The notes: generated from the letters alone by a model not told the origin. Positions 8,800 to 17,923 are shown, counted from the whole stretch's first letter. The stretch: 63,060 nucleotides of DNA, filler included, from 5 parts of 5 records of this genome joined end to end with filler, not necessarily neighbours in it; one strand, 5' to 3'. Program-made: numbers and translations.

Positions 8800-10428
8800 A
8801 TGTCTGATGTAATCAACGATTTATCATTTCCTGAATGGGTTGAAAAAGAAGCCGCAGAAACAGGTGGACTAGATCTTCTTGGTTTAAGAAATGTAGCTCA
8901 ATCGATAAGTACTTATTGCCTGAATGGAATTACCACAATCTCCCCACAAATTAGATATTTGGGAATCCGTGCTTGGATTTTGCAAATGTATTCGGAATGT
9001 CAACTGCCAGATGATTATAAAACATATATTAAATTTGGAGCAAATCTAGAAGCTGCGGTAGCTATAGGCACAAAATTAAATGATACAACTGTGACAGGTA
9101 TCGTTGGTAGCACCAAAGCAGAAGAAATTATTGAAAACAGCAATGATACTATTGAAATTGATCGACTAGTCTCTCAATTGGTTATAAATATGTATACTGG
9201 CCCCTCAATTGATTTAGGAATAGCTTTTCAGAGGGAATCAGGAATAACTGGTTTGACAAAAGAACGTGGCGAATTACTGGCTAATTCTATTATGGAAAAA
9301 GTCAATGACCTTGATATTGTAAAAAAAATATTTTTTAAAAAAAAAGTAGAACAATTCTCACATTCTGAATTAATGGAATTAGGTAAAATTCTTTCTATTA
9401 ACAATATACCAGAAGAAGAAAGAGAAATTCTGATTGATATTATTATTCCGCCTAACAAAAGTCCGATTGGATGGGACAATGATATTAGAAGAGTTGCTAC
9501 ATATACCCTATTGCTTAAATTAGCAAAGAAATTAGATGCTATCCCAACGGTCGATAAGTTTTTTGAGGAGATAAATAATCCATCAGAAGATATCAGAGAA
9601 ATATTTAAGGAAATATTAGATGGATGGCTATGCTTTCTCATTCGTGATTCTTTGGCAGTCGCCCATGAAAAAGCACTAGATATTATTAATCATGAACTTG
9701 AAGTATCTCCAAATGAATCAATAACAAGAAAAAGATTATTAAGCACTTTACTTAATGATTATCAAGCTATCATTACTGAATTGAGTATATTTGGAATACC
9801 CGTTGATCAAAAAACACACAAAGAACTTAGATTCAATGATGTCCTGAAGATTGTTGAGGATTCTCTAAACTTTCCTGAACAAAACTCAACTCTTCAAAGA
9901 TGGGACAACACAAATTTTAATGAAAAGTTTCTTATTGAGGAAATACAATCAAAGTATAATGAAAGTGCGGTTTTATTACCAATTGTGTGGATCTTATCAT
10001 ACTTGAGAACAAAAAACATGGATGATGATAATGAATTGCTAGCTGGTCTCTCAAAGGGTGGATGGGGACGTCTTGGGCTTAAGGAAGTAATTATCCCATC
10101 AATAGAAAAATGGAAAATTGAAAATCCAAAATTTTACCAAGTGGTTTTTGAGTTATTAGATAGAACAATTGATCAGCATGTAAGAATATGTTGGTCCAGG
10201 ATGGCAACTGATATAAATAAAGATGTGTCAGTCATTAAATCTGATGGCGATCGAATTCAATTTAGAAAGAAATTTGAAGCTGGTAGAACGGCATCCAGAG
10301 TTAAAGAGGCAATTGGATGGCTACAACAATTACAGTTAATTAATGAAACAGGTATATCTAAAGAGGGAGAAAAAGTTTTAGAAAGAGGTCTAAATACATT
10401 AAAAGAATATTGTAAAGAAGAGAAATAA
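8800..10428 (+). CDS. Hypothetical protein, partner of PLD-family nuclease (DxLG..GITT..RY N-terminal motif)
   Basis: 542 aa AT-rich ORF; TAATG coupling to the next gene; C-terminus resembles a winged helix (AIGWLQQLQLI..ISKEGEKVL); function not assignable. Confidence 0.75.
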   Translation: MSDVINDLSFPEWVEKEAAETGGLDLLGLRNVAQSISTYCLNGITTISPQIRYLGIRAWILQMYSECQLPDDYKTYIKFGANLEAAVAIGTKLNDTTVTGIVGSTKAEEIIENSNDTIEIDRLVSQLVINMYTGPSIDLGIAFQRESGITGLTKERGELLANSIMEKVNDLDIVKKIFFKKKVEQFSHSELMELGKILSINNIPEEEREILIDIIIPPNKSPIGWDNDIRRVATYTLLLKLAKKLDAIPTVDKFFEEINNPSEDIREIFKEILDGWLCFLIRDSLAVAHEKALDIINHELEVSPNESITRKRLLSTLLNDYQAIITELSIFGIPVDQKTHKELRFNDVLKIVEDSLNFPEQNSTLQRWDNTNFNEKFLIEEIQSKYNESAVLLPIVWILSYLRTKNMDDDNELLAGLSKGGWGRLGLKEVIIPSIEKWKIENPKFYQVVFELLDRTIDQHVRICWSRMATDINKDVSVIKSDGDRIQFRKKFEAGRTASRVKEAIGWLQQLQLINETGISKEGEKVLERGLNTLKEYCKEEK

Positions 10429-12998
10429 TGAATTTAAGGGAGTTATGTAGATTAAGAGATTATGAGACGGTTATTGGAACCACCTATAGCTTTGATCCTT
10501 TGTTTTTTGAAAGGGTGATATTAAGGGACTTAAGATTAGGTAATGGTAGAAGAATAATCATTATTGGAGATGCTTCCCAGCTTTCAGAATCTATTAATCG
10601 ATGCTCTTCTCAATTAAAACAAATTGGAAACACAGTCATCATCGAACCGATCCATTTAAAAGGGGCTTTTCATCCTAAAATTCTATTAAAGTTATGTAGA
10701 AATAGTGCTATACTTGCAATTGGTTCGGGAAATATGACAAATGGAGGCTGGGGAGATAATCAAGAAATATTTACAAAATGGGAAATAAAAAAAGATAATC
10801 CAAACTCAGCAGCAATTATTAGTAAAGTTATAAAATGGCTTTTCCCATATGTTCAAAGCGAAATAGCACAAAAATCACTAAATAGAATTTATGATAAATA
10901 CGCAAGTGGTAATAATTCTGAGAACAGCGAATTTGATTTTTATATCACCGAACAGAATAAAACACTTTCGGAGTTTATAAAAACGAAATGGCAAGGAAAG
11001 AAATTCTATACTTTAAAAATATTTACTGGTTCCACAGATAAAAAAGGTGCGTTTATAAAATGGTGTCATGATAATTTTGGAATAAGAAAATGTATTGTAG
11101 CTGCCAATGAGTACAACATATCTTTTGATCTAAACGAAATAAATAAAATACCAGTTGATATCTCAATTTCACCAATTGAATCAAATTCTATGATGCATGC
11201 TAAATTTTATCTTTTTGAGGGACAAGCTGAATCATGTGTAATAACAGGATCAGCAAATTGTTCGAGTAGAGCGTGGCTTCAATCACCAGAAAATGGCGGA
11301 AATGTTGAAGCAATTGTTGTTTATGATAATATTGACTTAGATAATTTTAATGAAATTGTCGATAATTTCTCAACAGAGACAATAAGTATTGATCAAATTA
11401 AACATAAGGAAGTAGAACAAAATAACTCGACTTCTTATAAATTCCTGATATCGAGTCTTACACTTGATATTTTGAATAATGAGCTGAGACTTGAATTTAA
11501 AAAAGCTCCCCCTGTTGGTAGTGAAATTGAAGTAATAATTAACAAAAACTCATATAAACTTGTTGCTGAAAATCCTTCTGTTTGGAGGGGGAATATTGTT
11601 GATATTCAAAGTGATTCATTTAATAAAACGCTTTTTGGAGATATTTATATATTTGAAGAAAACAAGGAACCAACAATAATTCACCACTGGATTAATAATA
11701 TCTCAAATATTGAGTTTGCTTCAAAGAGTCGCCAAATATCAAATGCATTACAAAAATATATAAACTCAAGCAATAATGACGAATTTAATAATGCATCTAA
11801 AGAAATAGCTTTAGTATGCAATAAAATCCTTGAGGAGCCTGATTTGTTTGAGGATCCAATATTTATAAAGCATAAATCTTCTAAAAAAGATTTTGAAGAG
11901 GACACTCAAAATACTACACCACTCACATCAGATTCATTATTTAAATCAATGGCTGATATTGACGAAAACACCAACAATATCCTATTGACTGGAGGTAAGA
12001 TTAATACATCATTATCAATTTCTAGTATTATAGGATTCTTTTTTGATTACCAAGATGAATTAAATAATTCTCCTACTGACACAGAAGAAGAAATTGGTAT
12101 TGATGATGTTGAAGAAGTAGATGCTAAAGACACTCATAAACAAACTGTAAATAATAATAAACCTCAATCTCAGTGCCAAAAAATTGATAAAAAAATAATA
12201 CAAAAACTTAACAAACAAATATCAGAGTATTTTACAAAATTAAGAGATGAGTCATTTAGAGATAATTGTAGTGTAACTAGATTCAAAGAGGCAATATCAT
12301 TACCATTAGTTATTGGTGTCGTGGGTAAGCAGAGTGGTTGGTTGGATCCATTTACATTTCAAAATTGGGTCATTACCATCATTGATATAATATTTAACAT
12401 GGAAATAGATTCTCATAAAGGATTAATTGATTACGTAAAATCTCGCTATTATGAAGATAAACGGTCAGATATTTTTAATCAAGTTATTGGTGATGGAACA
12501 CTTTGGGTAGCATTGTTAACAGGTATTGGTGAGGCAGAGTGGGAAGGAGAGAATAGCAAGATTAATAAGGCAATTGCCATCTCAACTGTAATGCAAAATC
12601 AATCTATTATTTCATCAACAAATGTTGGGCAATTAAAAGCATTAATTGATAATCATAAATTTAAACAAACCGCAGATTGGATTAAGAATAAGCCTCAAAA
12701 AATTATTAAAAGTCTTAAAGAATTAAATCGATATCTAGACAAACATTTTAATACATTTTTAAATAATCAAATTGGCGAAGAGCATTGTAGGGGAGATTTA
12801 GTATATGGTGACAGAGGTTGGGGATTTGTTCAAAATGAAAAAGTCAGTATAGATGATAATACTATTATTAAAGCGTATATGCATTCACTTGGTAAAGAAT
12901 TTAAGGTTAAATCATCTGGTTTTTATGTTAATTTAAGAATAGCACAAAAGAATGATGCGAAATTGAGAAGATTACTATTGGCAATTAACGAAATATAA
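10428..12998 (+). CDS. Phospholipase D-superfamily (nuclease-type) protein with two HxK motifs and long C-terminal extension
   Basis: TTYSFD..FFE; FHPK..GSGNMT..GW..NQE; MHAK..TGSANCS..AW..NVE. Confidence 0.8.
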   Translation: MNLRELCRLRDYETVIGTTYSFDPLFFERVILRDLRLGNGRRIIIIGDASQLSESINRCSSQLKQIGNTVIIEPIHLKGAFHPKILLKLCRNSAILAIGSGNMTNGGWGDNQEIFTKWEIKKDNPNSAAIISKVIKWLFPYVQSEIAQKSLNRIYDKYASGNNSENSEFDFYITEQNKTLSEFIKTKWQGKKFYTLKIFTGSTDKKGAFIKWCHDNFGIRKCIVAANEYNISFDLNEINKIPVDISISPIESNSMMHAKFYLFEGQAESCVITGSANCSSRAWLQSPENGGNVEAIVVYDNIDLDNFNEIVDNFSTETISIDQIKHKEVEQNNSTSYKFLISSLTLDILNNELRLEFKKAPPVGSEIEVIINKNSYKLVAENPSVWRGNIVDIQSDSFNKTLFGDIYIFEENKEPTIIHHWINNISNIEFASKSRQISNALQKYINSSNNDEFNNASKEIALVCNKILEEPDLFEDPIFIKHKSSKKDFEEDTQNTTPLTSDSLFKSMADIDENTNNILLTGGKINTSLSISSIIGFFFDYQDELNNSPTDTEEEIGIDDVEEVDAKDTHKQTVNNNKPQSQCQKIDKKIIQKLNKQISEYFTKLRDESFRDNCSVTRFKEAISLPLVIGVVGKQSGWLDPFTFQNWVITIIDIIFNMEIDSHKGLIDYVKSRYYEDKRSDIFNQVIGDGTLWVALLTGIGEAEWEGENSKINKAIAISTVMQNQSIISSTNVGQLKALIDNHKFKQTADWIKNKPQKIIKSLKELNRYLDKHFNTFLNNQIGEEHCRGDLVYGDRGWGFVQNEKVSIDDNTIIKAYMHSLGKEFKVKSSGFYVNLRIAQKNDAKLRRLLLAINEI

Positions 12999-13044
12999 TA
13001 AAATGATGTATATCGATAATAAATTAAATATTACAGAGTAAATT

Positions 13045-13929
13045 ATGCCACTTATTGATAATGATATGAAAATTCGCATAGCTGCTTTTGATTGGGTAAA
13101 GAAACAATCAGAGAAGTATGACTATGCAATTCCTCGAGAAGTTTTAAGAATAGGTTTTGAGTTCAAACAAAAAATGATTCCCTTAGTAAGTCAGCCCGGT
13201 ATCTGGAAACCTGCTATTTTAGATTTTCCAATCTCAATAACATCTACGTTAAGAAGCAAATATGAAGATGTCCAAGAGGAAGATTACTTGCTTTATAATT
13301 ATTGCAGAGAAAAAGATCCATATTATAGAGATAATGTTTACTTGCGAAAAACTATGATAAAAAAACGACCTTTGATATATTTTGTAGAAACTATTCCTAA
13401 AAGATATTTAGCGCAATTTCCCGCTTATATTATTGATGATGATATTGATAATGAGAAATTTAAGGTTGCTTTTGATGAAGCAAGAATGACAGATGCCAAT
13501 TATATTGTTTCTGATATTAGACGACAATATGTTACACGAGAAATAAAGCAAAGGATCCATCAAGCAAAATTTAGAGAGCAGGTTCTACACGCTTATAAAT
13601 GTCAATGTACATTATGTCGCTTAAAGTATCGTGAGCTTCTTGATGCAGCACATATTATTCCTGATGCTGAAGAACATGGTGATGCTGTTGTCAATAATGG
13701 TTTATCTCTTTGTAAAATTCACCATGCAGCATTTGATAAAAATATTATTGGTATTTCGCCTGATTATCAGATTAAAGTTCGAGAAGATATTTTGCATGAA
13801 GTCGATGGTCCTATGCTAAAGCACGGGATTCAGGAGATGAATAATCAGAAGATTATTTTGCCTTATCATAAAAGGGATTGGCCAGATCGGGAGAGGCTGG
13901 AAGAGCGGTTTACCATGTTTAATCAATAG
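13045..13929 (+). CDS. HNH endonuclease, putative restriction enzyme
   Basis: RIHQAKFREQVL..CTLC..LDAAHI..NGLSLCKIHHAAFD; separate N-terminal domain (GIWKP..ISITS..YED). Confidence 0.88.
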   Translation: MPLIDNDMKIRIAAFDWVKKQSEKYDYAIPREVLRIGFEFKQKMIPLVSQPGIWKPAILDFPISITSTLRSKYEDVQEEDYLLYNYCREKDPYYRDNVYLRKTMIKKRPLIYFVETIPKRYLAQFPAYIIDDDIDNEKFKVAFDEARMTDANYIVSDIRRQYVTREIKQRIHQAKFREQVLHAYKCQCTLCRLKYRELLDAAHIIPDAEEHGDAVVNNGLSLCKIHHAAFDKNIIGISPDYQIKVREDILHEVDGPMLKHGIQEMNNQKIILPYHKRDWPDRERLEERFTMFNQ

Positions 13930-13938
13930 GAAATATCA

Positions 13939-15231
13939 ATGAATGATGAAAATTTAAACCAAATTAATTATGAAGAAGAAAGATCTCCTTTTGAGGAGGT
14001 AATTAGAGATTATATTAATAGAATTAACGCTCAGAATGATATCTATCCACTAATTCTTAATCTTATTGCCGCAAAAACAATTCAAGAATATGAATTATTA
14101 AATAAATTCATCGAAAAAGATGAAGTTGAAATTAAGGAAGATTTAGAAAAAATATTTATTCCAATTGATAAAATTCAAGAATACTTTGATCTTCGGAATA
14201 CGATGGAAACCTCTGTTGCGGCAATATCAATATACCCGAGGAACTCAATTGTATCATTTGTTTGTCAGTTTGATGCGTTTTTGAGTGAGTTATTAAGGAT
14301 TGTTTACTATTCAAAACCTGAGATTCTAAATTTTTCAGATAAAAATATTCAATTTTCTGACTTAGTAGAATTTGACTCAATTGACGATGCAAAAGAATAT
14401 ATTATTGAAAAAGAAATTGAATCGGTATTGCGTGAAAGTCATTTAAAGCATTTCGAATGGATGGAAAAAACTTTCAAAATGAAACTCAGGAAGGATTTGC
14501 CAAGTTTTATTGAATTCTTAGAAATTACTGAAAGACGAAATCTATATGTTCATAATAATGGTAAGGCTTCAAGACAATATATTGAGAATTGTAAAAAGCA
14601 CGGCATCTCAGATCTTGAAGAAATTAAAGTTGGAGAAGAATTATTAGTTGATATTGAATATTTTAATAAATGTTATAATGTGCTTTTTGAAATTGGCGTG
14701 AAGCTTAGTCAAGTATTATGGAGAAAATTAATACCAGATCAAATTGAAGAAGCTGATGTTTATCTTAATGTGATTTGTTATGATTTGCTTGTAGGTAATC
14801 AAAATAAATTAGCTCTTAACTTACTAACATTTGCTACTGATACATTAAAAAAGCATTGTGATGAAGAAATGCTTTGTTATTTTAGAATAAATAAAGCCCT
14901 AGCGTATTATCAATTGGATGAAAAAGAGAAAGCCAAAGAAACTATACTTTCTTATGATTGGTCAGCAACCGGGAATCATTTAAAACTTGCGGTATCTGTA
15001 TTGAAAGAAGATTATAAGGAGGCTAGTTTGATAATGAAGGTTATTGGCAATAGTGTAAAACCAAGCAAATCTGATTATAGTGATTGGCCTCTTTTTAGAA
15101 AATTTAGAGAAACTGATATTTTTAAATCAACTTATAAAGAAATTTTTGATGAAGAGTTCATGTTTATTGAAAAAAACCCAGTAGAATTGAAAGATATTGT
15201 TAATAAAATGATTGAACTGAATGAAGAATAA
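13939..15231 (+). CDS. Putative HEPN-domain protein with helical (TPR-like) C-terminus
   Basis: FDAFLSELLR helix and Rx4H motif (RNLYVH-NNG); helical-repeat-like C-terminal half. Confidence 0.6.
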   Translation: MNDENLNQINYEEERSPFEEVIRDYINRINAQNDIYPLILNLIAAKTIQEYELLNKFIEKDEVEIKEDLEKIFIPIDKIQEYFDLRNTMETSVAAISIYPRNSIVSFVCQFDAFLSELLRIVYYSKPEILNFSDKNIQFSDLVEFDSIDDAKEYIIEKEIESVLRESHLKHFEWMEKTFKMKLRKDLPSFIEFLEITERRNLYVHNNGKASRQYIENCKKHGISDLEEIKVGEELLVDIEYFNKCYNVLFEIGVKLSQVLWRKLIPDQIEEADVYLNVICYDLLVGNQNKLALNLLTFATDTLKKHCDEEMLCYFRINKALAYYQLDEKEKAKETILSYDWSATGNHLKLAVSVLKEDYKEASLIMKVIGNSVKPSKSDYSDWPLFRKFRETDIFKSTYKEIFDEEFMFIEKNPVELKDIVNKMIELNEE

Positions 15232-15331
15232 TTAGTATTCATCACTACATCAACATCCTCACTGCGTTCGCAAGGCAAAAGTAAAAAGGCCCGCCTTCAT
15301 TAAAGCTTCGGCTGACAGGCAAAAGATAAAA

Positions 15332-15742
15332 GTGAAAAAACTCTACATCGACATCGACGGCGTTCTCCTCACATCCCGGCATACTCAAGCTGCTCCCGGA
15401 GCGGAGAAATTGATCGATTTTGCAGTTAAAAACTATGACTGTTTTTGGCTCACTTCTCATTGTCGTGAAGGAGACGCAAGTTTTGTATTACGCTTGCTGT
15501 CGCAGTATTTCGATGAAGCGACAATGGAAAAGCTGGAAAGCGTAAAAGCGACCGATTGGCAAAGCTGGAAGACGGATGCCATTGATTTGGAGTCCGATTT
15601 CTATTGGCTGGATGATCGTCCCATGCATGCAGAGATGCAATTGCTGAAAGAGTATGGCAAATTGGATAGATTGATTGTAGTTGATTTAAATCGTCCGAAT
15701 GAAATGGAAAATATTATTGAGTTATTGAAAAAGCATTTATAG
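15332..15742 (+). CDS. Small HAD-superfamily phosphatase
   Basis: GTG start; LYIDIDGVL motif I, WLTS motif II, WLDD motif IV. Confidence 0.75.
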   Translation: MKKLYIDIDGVLLTSRHTQAAPGAEKLIDFAVKNYDCFWLTSHCREGDASFVLRLLSQYFDEATMEKLESVKATDWQSWKTDAIDLESDFYWLDDRPMHAEMQLLKEYGKLDRLIVVDLNRPNEMENIIELLKKHL

Positions 15743-15829
15743 TTGTTTTGTATCGCAATGCTCGCGGAGGTCTCCCTTACGGGACCCCTTCGGGGCTGAA
15801 ACAAGTTCAGGATGACGCCCGCGAGCGCA

Positions 15830-15885
15830 CCCATACTCCCACACTCCCAAACTCTCTCAGTGCCCAGTGCTCAGCGCTCAGCGCT
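15830..15885. repeat. Short tandem repeats downstream of pfkA
   Basis: CCCAnACT x3 then CYCAGYG x4. Confidence 0.7.
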
Positions 15886-15888
15886 TAA

Positions 15889-16875
15889 CTATATTGACAT
15901 GATGTCAATAATTTCTAATTTCTTCTCATCCATTTTCCTCTTATCCCGCTTACTCTCGGCAAAGGGATGATGCGCAATGTCACCGTTCTTAACACCGATC
16001 ATAACGCCGCTTTCGCCGGCAAGAAGGGCTTCGACGCTGGCAACACCCATGCGGGTGGCGTATATGCGGTCCCCGGCTGTGGGAGAACCGCCTCTTTGAA
16101 GATGACCCAAGATGGTCACGCGCACGTCGTATTCGGGATGCTCTTTGCGTACGTCCTCTGCGATCTGAAAGGCGCCGCCGACCTGATCACCTTCTGCGAC
16201 CAGTACAATGGAACTTTTTTTGTGCTTGAGTTTATCGTCGGCTAAATATTTTTTCAGTTTATTTAAGTCATCGGTGCGTTCAGGGACCAATACACCTTCG
16301 GCGCCGGTGGCGATGCCGCTGTTCAGGGTAAGGAAGCCTGCTCGGCGCCCCATGACCTCGATGAAAAATAATCGATTGTGTGCTGATGCGGTGTCGCGGA
16401 TCTTGTCCACGGCTTCGACGACTGTATTTAATGCGGTATCATATCCGATGGTATAATCGGTGCCAATAATGTCATTATCTATCGTGCCGGGTATGCCTAC
16501 CACGGGGATGTCGAATTCTTTGCTGAATTCCTGCGCGCCGGCAAAGGAGCCATCACCGCCAATAACAACCAAAGCATCAATGCCGTGCTTTTTGAGGTTC
16601 TCGTAACCTTTTTTGCGTCCCTCGTAAGTGCGAAATTCCTTACAGCGGGCAGTTTTTAAAATGGTTCCGCCTGTTTGAATGATATTGGATACCGAGCGCG
16701 ATGTCATGCTCTTGATCTTGTCGTCCACCATGCCCTGATAGCCACGCTTGATGCCGTAGACCTCCATCTTGTTGAATAATGCCGTGCGGACTACTGCCCG
16801 TACCGCTGCGTTCATGCCGGGACTGTCGCCGCCAGAGGTTAGGACTGCTATTGTTTTTATGTTCGTTGAGTTCAT
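15889..16875 (-). CDS. pfkA: ATP-dependent 6-phosphofructokinase
   Basis: TSGGDSPGMNA, GGDGS, PGTIDND, EVMGR, GHLQRGG. Confidence 0.97.
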   Translation of the reverse strand: MNSTNIKTIAVLTSGGDSPGMNAAVRAVVRTALFNKMEVYGIKRGYQGMVDDKIKSMTSRSVSNIIQTGGTILKTARCKEFRTYEGRKKGYENLKKHGIDALVVIGGDGSFAGAQEFSKEFDIPVVGIPGTIDNDIIGTDYTIGYDTALNTVVEAVDKIRDTASAHNRLFFIEVMGRRAGFLTLNSGIATGAEGVLVPERTDDLNKLKKYLADDKLKHKKSSIVLVAEGDQVGGAFQIAEDVRKEHPEYDVRVTILGHLQRGGSPTAGDRIYATRMGVASVEALLAGESGVMIGVKNGDIAHHPFAESKRDKRKMDEKKLEIIDIMSI

Positions 16876-16929
16876 GTGAGTGTCCTTTGATTGTTCTGTG
16901 CGTCAATATAAATATTTTATTCATAGTGC

Positions 16930-17194
16930 ACAATGAACAATGTACAATGAACAAGGTTGTTCAATGTTGAATGTGATCGCTTTGCCCCAGGTTAAAACCA
17001 GGGCTTACTGAAAACCTTCAGTAACAGCGGGGTTTAAACCCCGTGTAGGAGGCAAGACTCCGCAAGGAGTCGAATATAGTAGTTTAAATTTCCAATATGA
17101 ATAGAACCGCGTCGTGGTTCAATATATTCAACCCCTACAGGGTTGGGATGTTAAATGGGAATTATTTTCTACTATATTTGACCACTATGTGGTC
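16930..17194. repeat. 7-mer tandem repeat followed by a cluster of palindromes (REP/MITE-like)
   Basis: ACAATGW x3; hairpins TTACTGAA..TTCAGTAA, GCGGGGTT..AACCCCGT, GACTCC..GGAGTC, GAACCGCG..CGTGGTTC, CAACCC..GGGTTG, GACCAC..GTGGTC. Confidence 0.7.
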
Positions 17195-17230
17195 CGGATA
17201 GTAAGTATTAATTCACAATTTATAATTCAT

Positions 17231-17330
17231 NNNNNNNNNNNNNNNNNNNNNNNNNNNNNNNNNNNNNNNNNNNNTTAATTAATTAANNNNNNNNNNNNNN
17301 NNNNNNNNNNNNNNNNNNNNNNNNNNNNNN
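17231..17330. other. Artificial contig linker
   Basis: N-run + TTAATTAATTAA (stops in six frames) + N-run. Confidence 0.99.
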
Positions 17331-17777
17331 ACCTGTGCAGAATTTGGAGAAACGGCTTCCTTTACTGTCGACGTCGATGGAACGCCCCCTTACTTCTTCC
17401 TCTGGCATCATAATGGTGAAAGTATTCCGAACAGCAACTCGCAGACTTTGACGATTGAGAATGTCGAAGCGGCGGATGCTGGTGAGTATTATGCGATTTT
17501 CGTTGAGTATGCTGCTCCCGATTGCGAGGTCACAACTGAGACAGCTACCCTGGAAGTTGGCAATTGTCCTGGCATTCCAGTTTGCGAACACGCGGTCTGG
17601 GGTGATCTCGATGATGACGGTGATATTGATCTCGCAGACTTCGGCATTTTCCAGGATTGTTTCGGTCCTGAGATGGCACTTATCGAGGGATGCCAGTGTG
17701 CCAACCTCGATTCGTCCAACTATGATATTGATCTGCTCGACTATTTGCTGTTCGAATCGGTCCTTGCGGGTCCTTGA
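17331..17777 (+). CDS. C-terminal part of a secreted protein: Ig-like domain + dockerin/EF-hand-like tail (5' truncated)
   Basis: Frame open from the contig edge: FTVDVDGTPP..WHHNG..TLTIENV..DAGEY; GDLDDDGDIDLADF and DIDLLDY Ca-binding-type repeats. Confidence 0.8.
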   Translation, partial: TCAEFGETASFTVDVDGTPPYFFLWHHNGESIPNSNSQTLTIENVEAADAGEYYAIFVEYAAPDCEVTTETATLEVGNCPGIPVCEHAVWGDLDDDGDIDLADFGIFQDCFGPEMALIEGCQCANLDSSNYDIDLLDYLLFESVLAGP

Positions 17778-17806
17778 ATTACCAGTCGTGTGGAGTTCTG
17801 ATTTCC

Positions 17807-17838
17807 GGGGCGGCCTTTAAGGTCGCCCCTTTTCTTTT
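17807..17838 (+). terminator. Rho-independent terminator
   Basis: GGGGCGGCC/GGTCGCCCC stem followed by TTTTCTTTT. Confidence 0.8.
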
Positions 17839-17923
17839 GGTGTACAGTTGATTTTTCTCCGTGACGGCCTAGGCTGGCTACCCAGTAAGGATTTTTGACT
17901 TGTATACCGTACTGGAGATACCC

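Noticed and set aside
9321-9346. A/T homopolymer runs in the 542-aa gene as a phase-variation switch
   Set aside because: The frame is intact and such runs are expected in very AT-rich DNA; read-level length variation would be needed.
16983-17194. Possible CRISPR array or integron attC sites
   Set aside because: The hairpins are not identical direct repeats with regular spacers; no cas or integrase gene; no RYYYAAC/GTTRRRY pairing seen.
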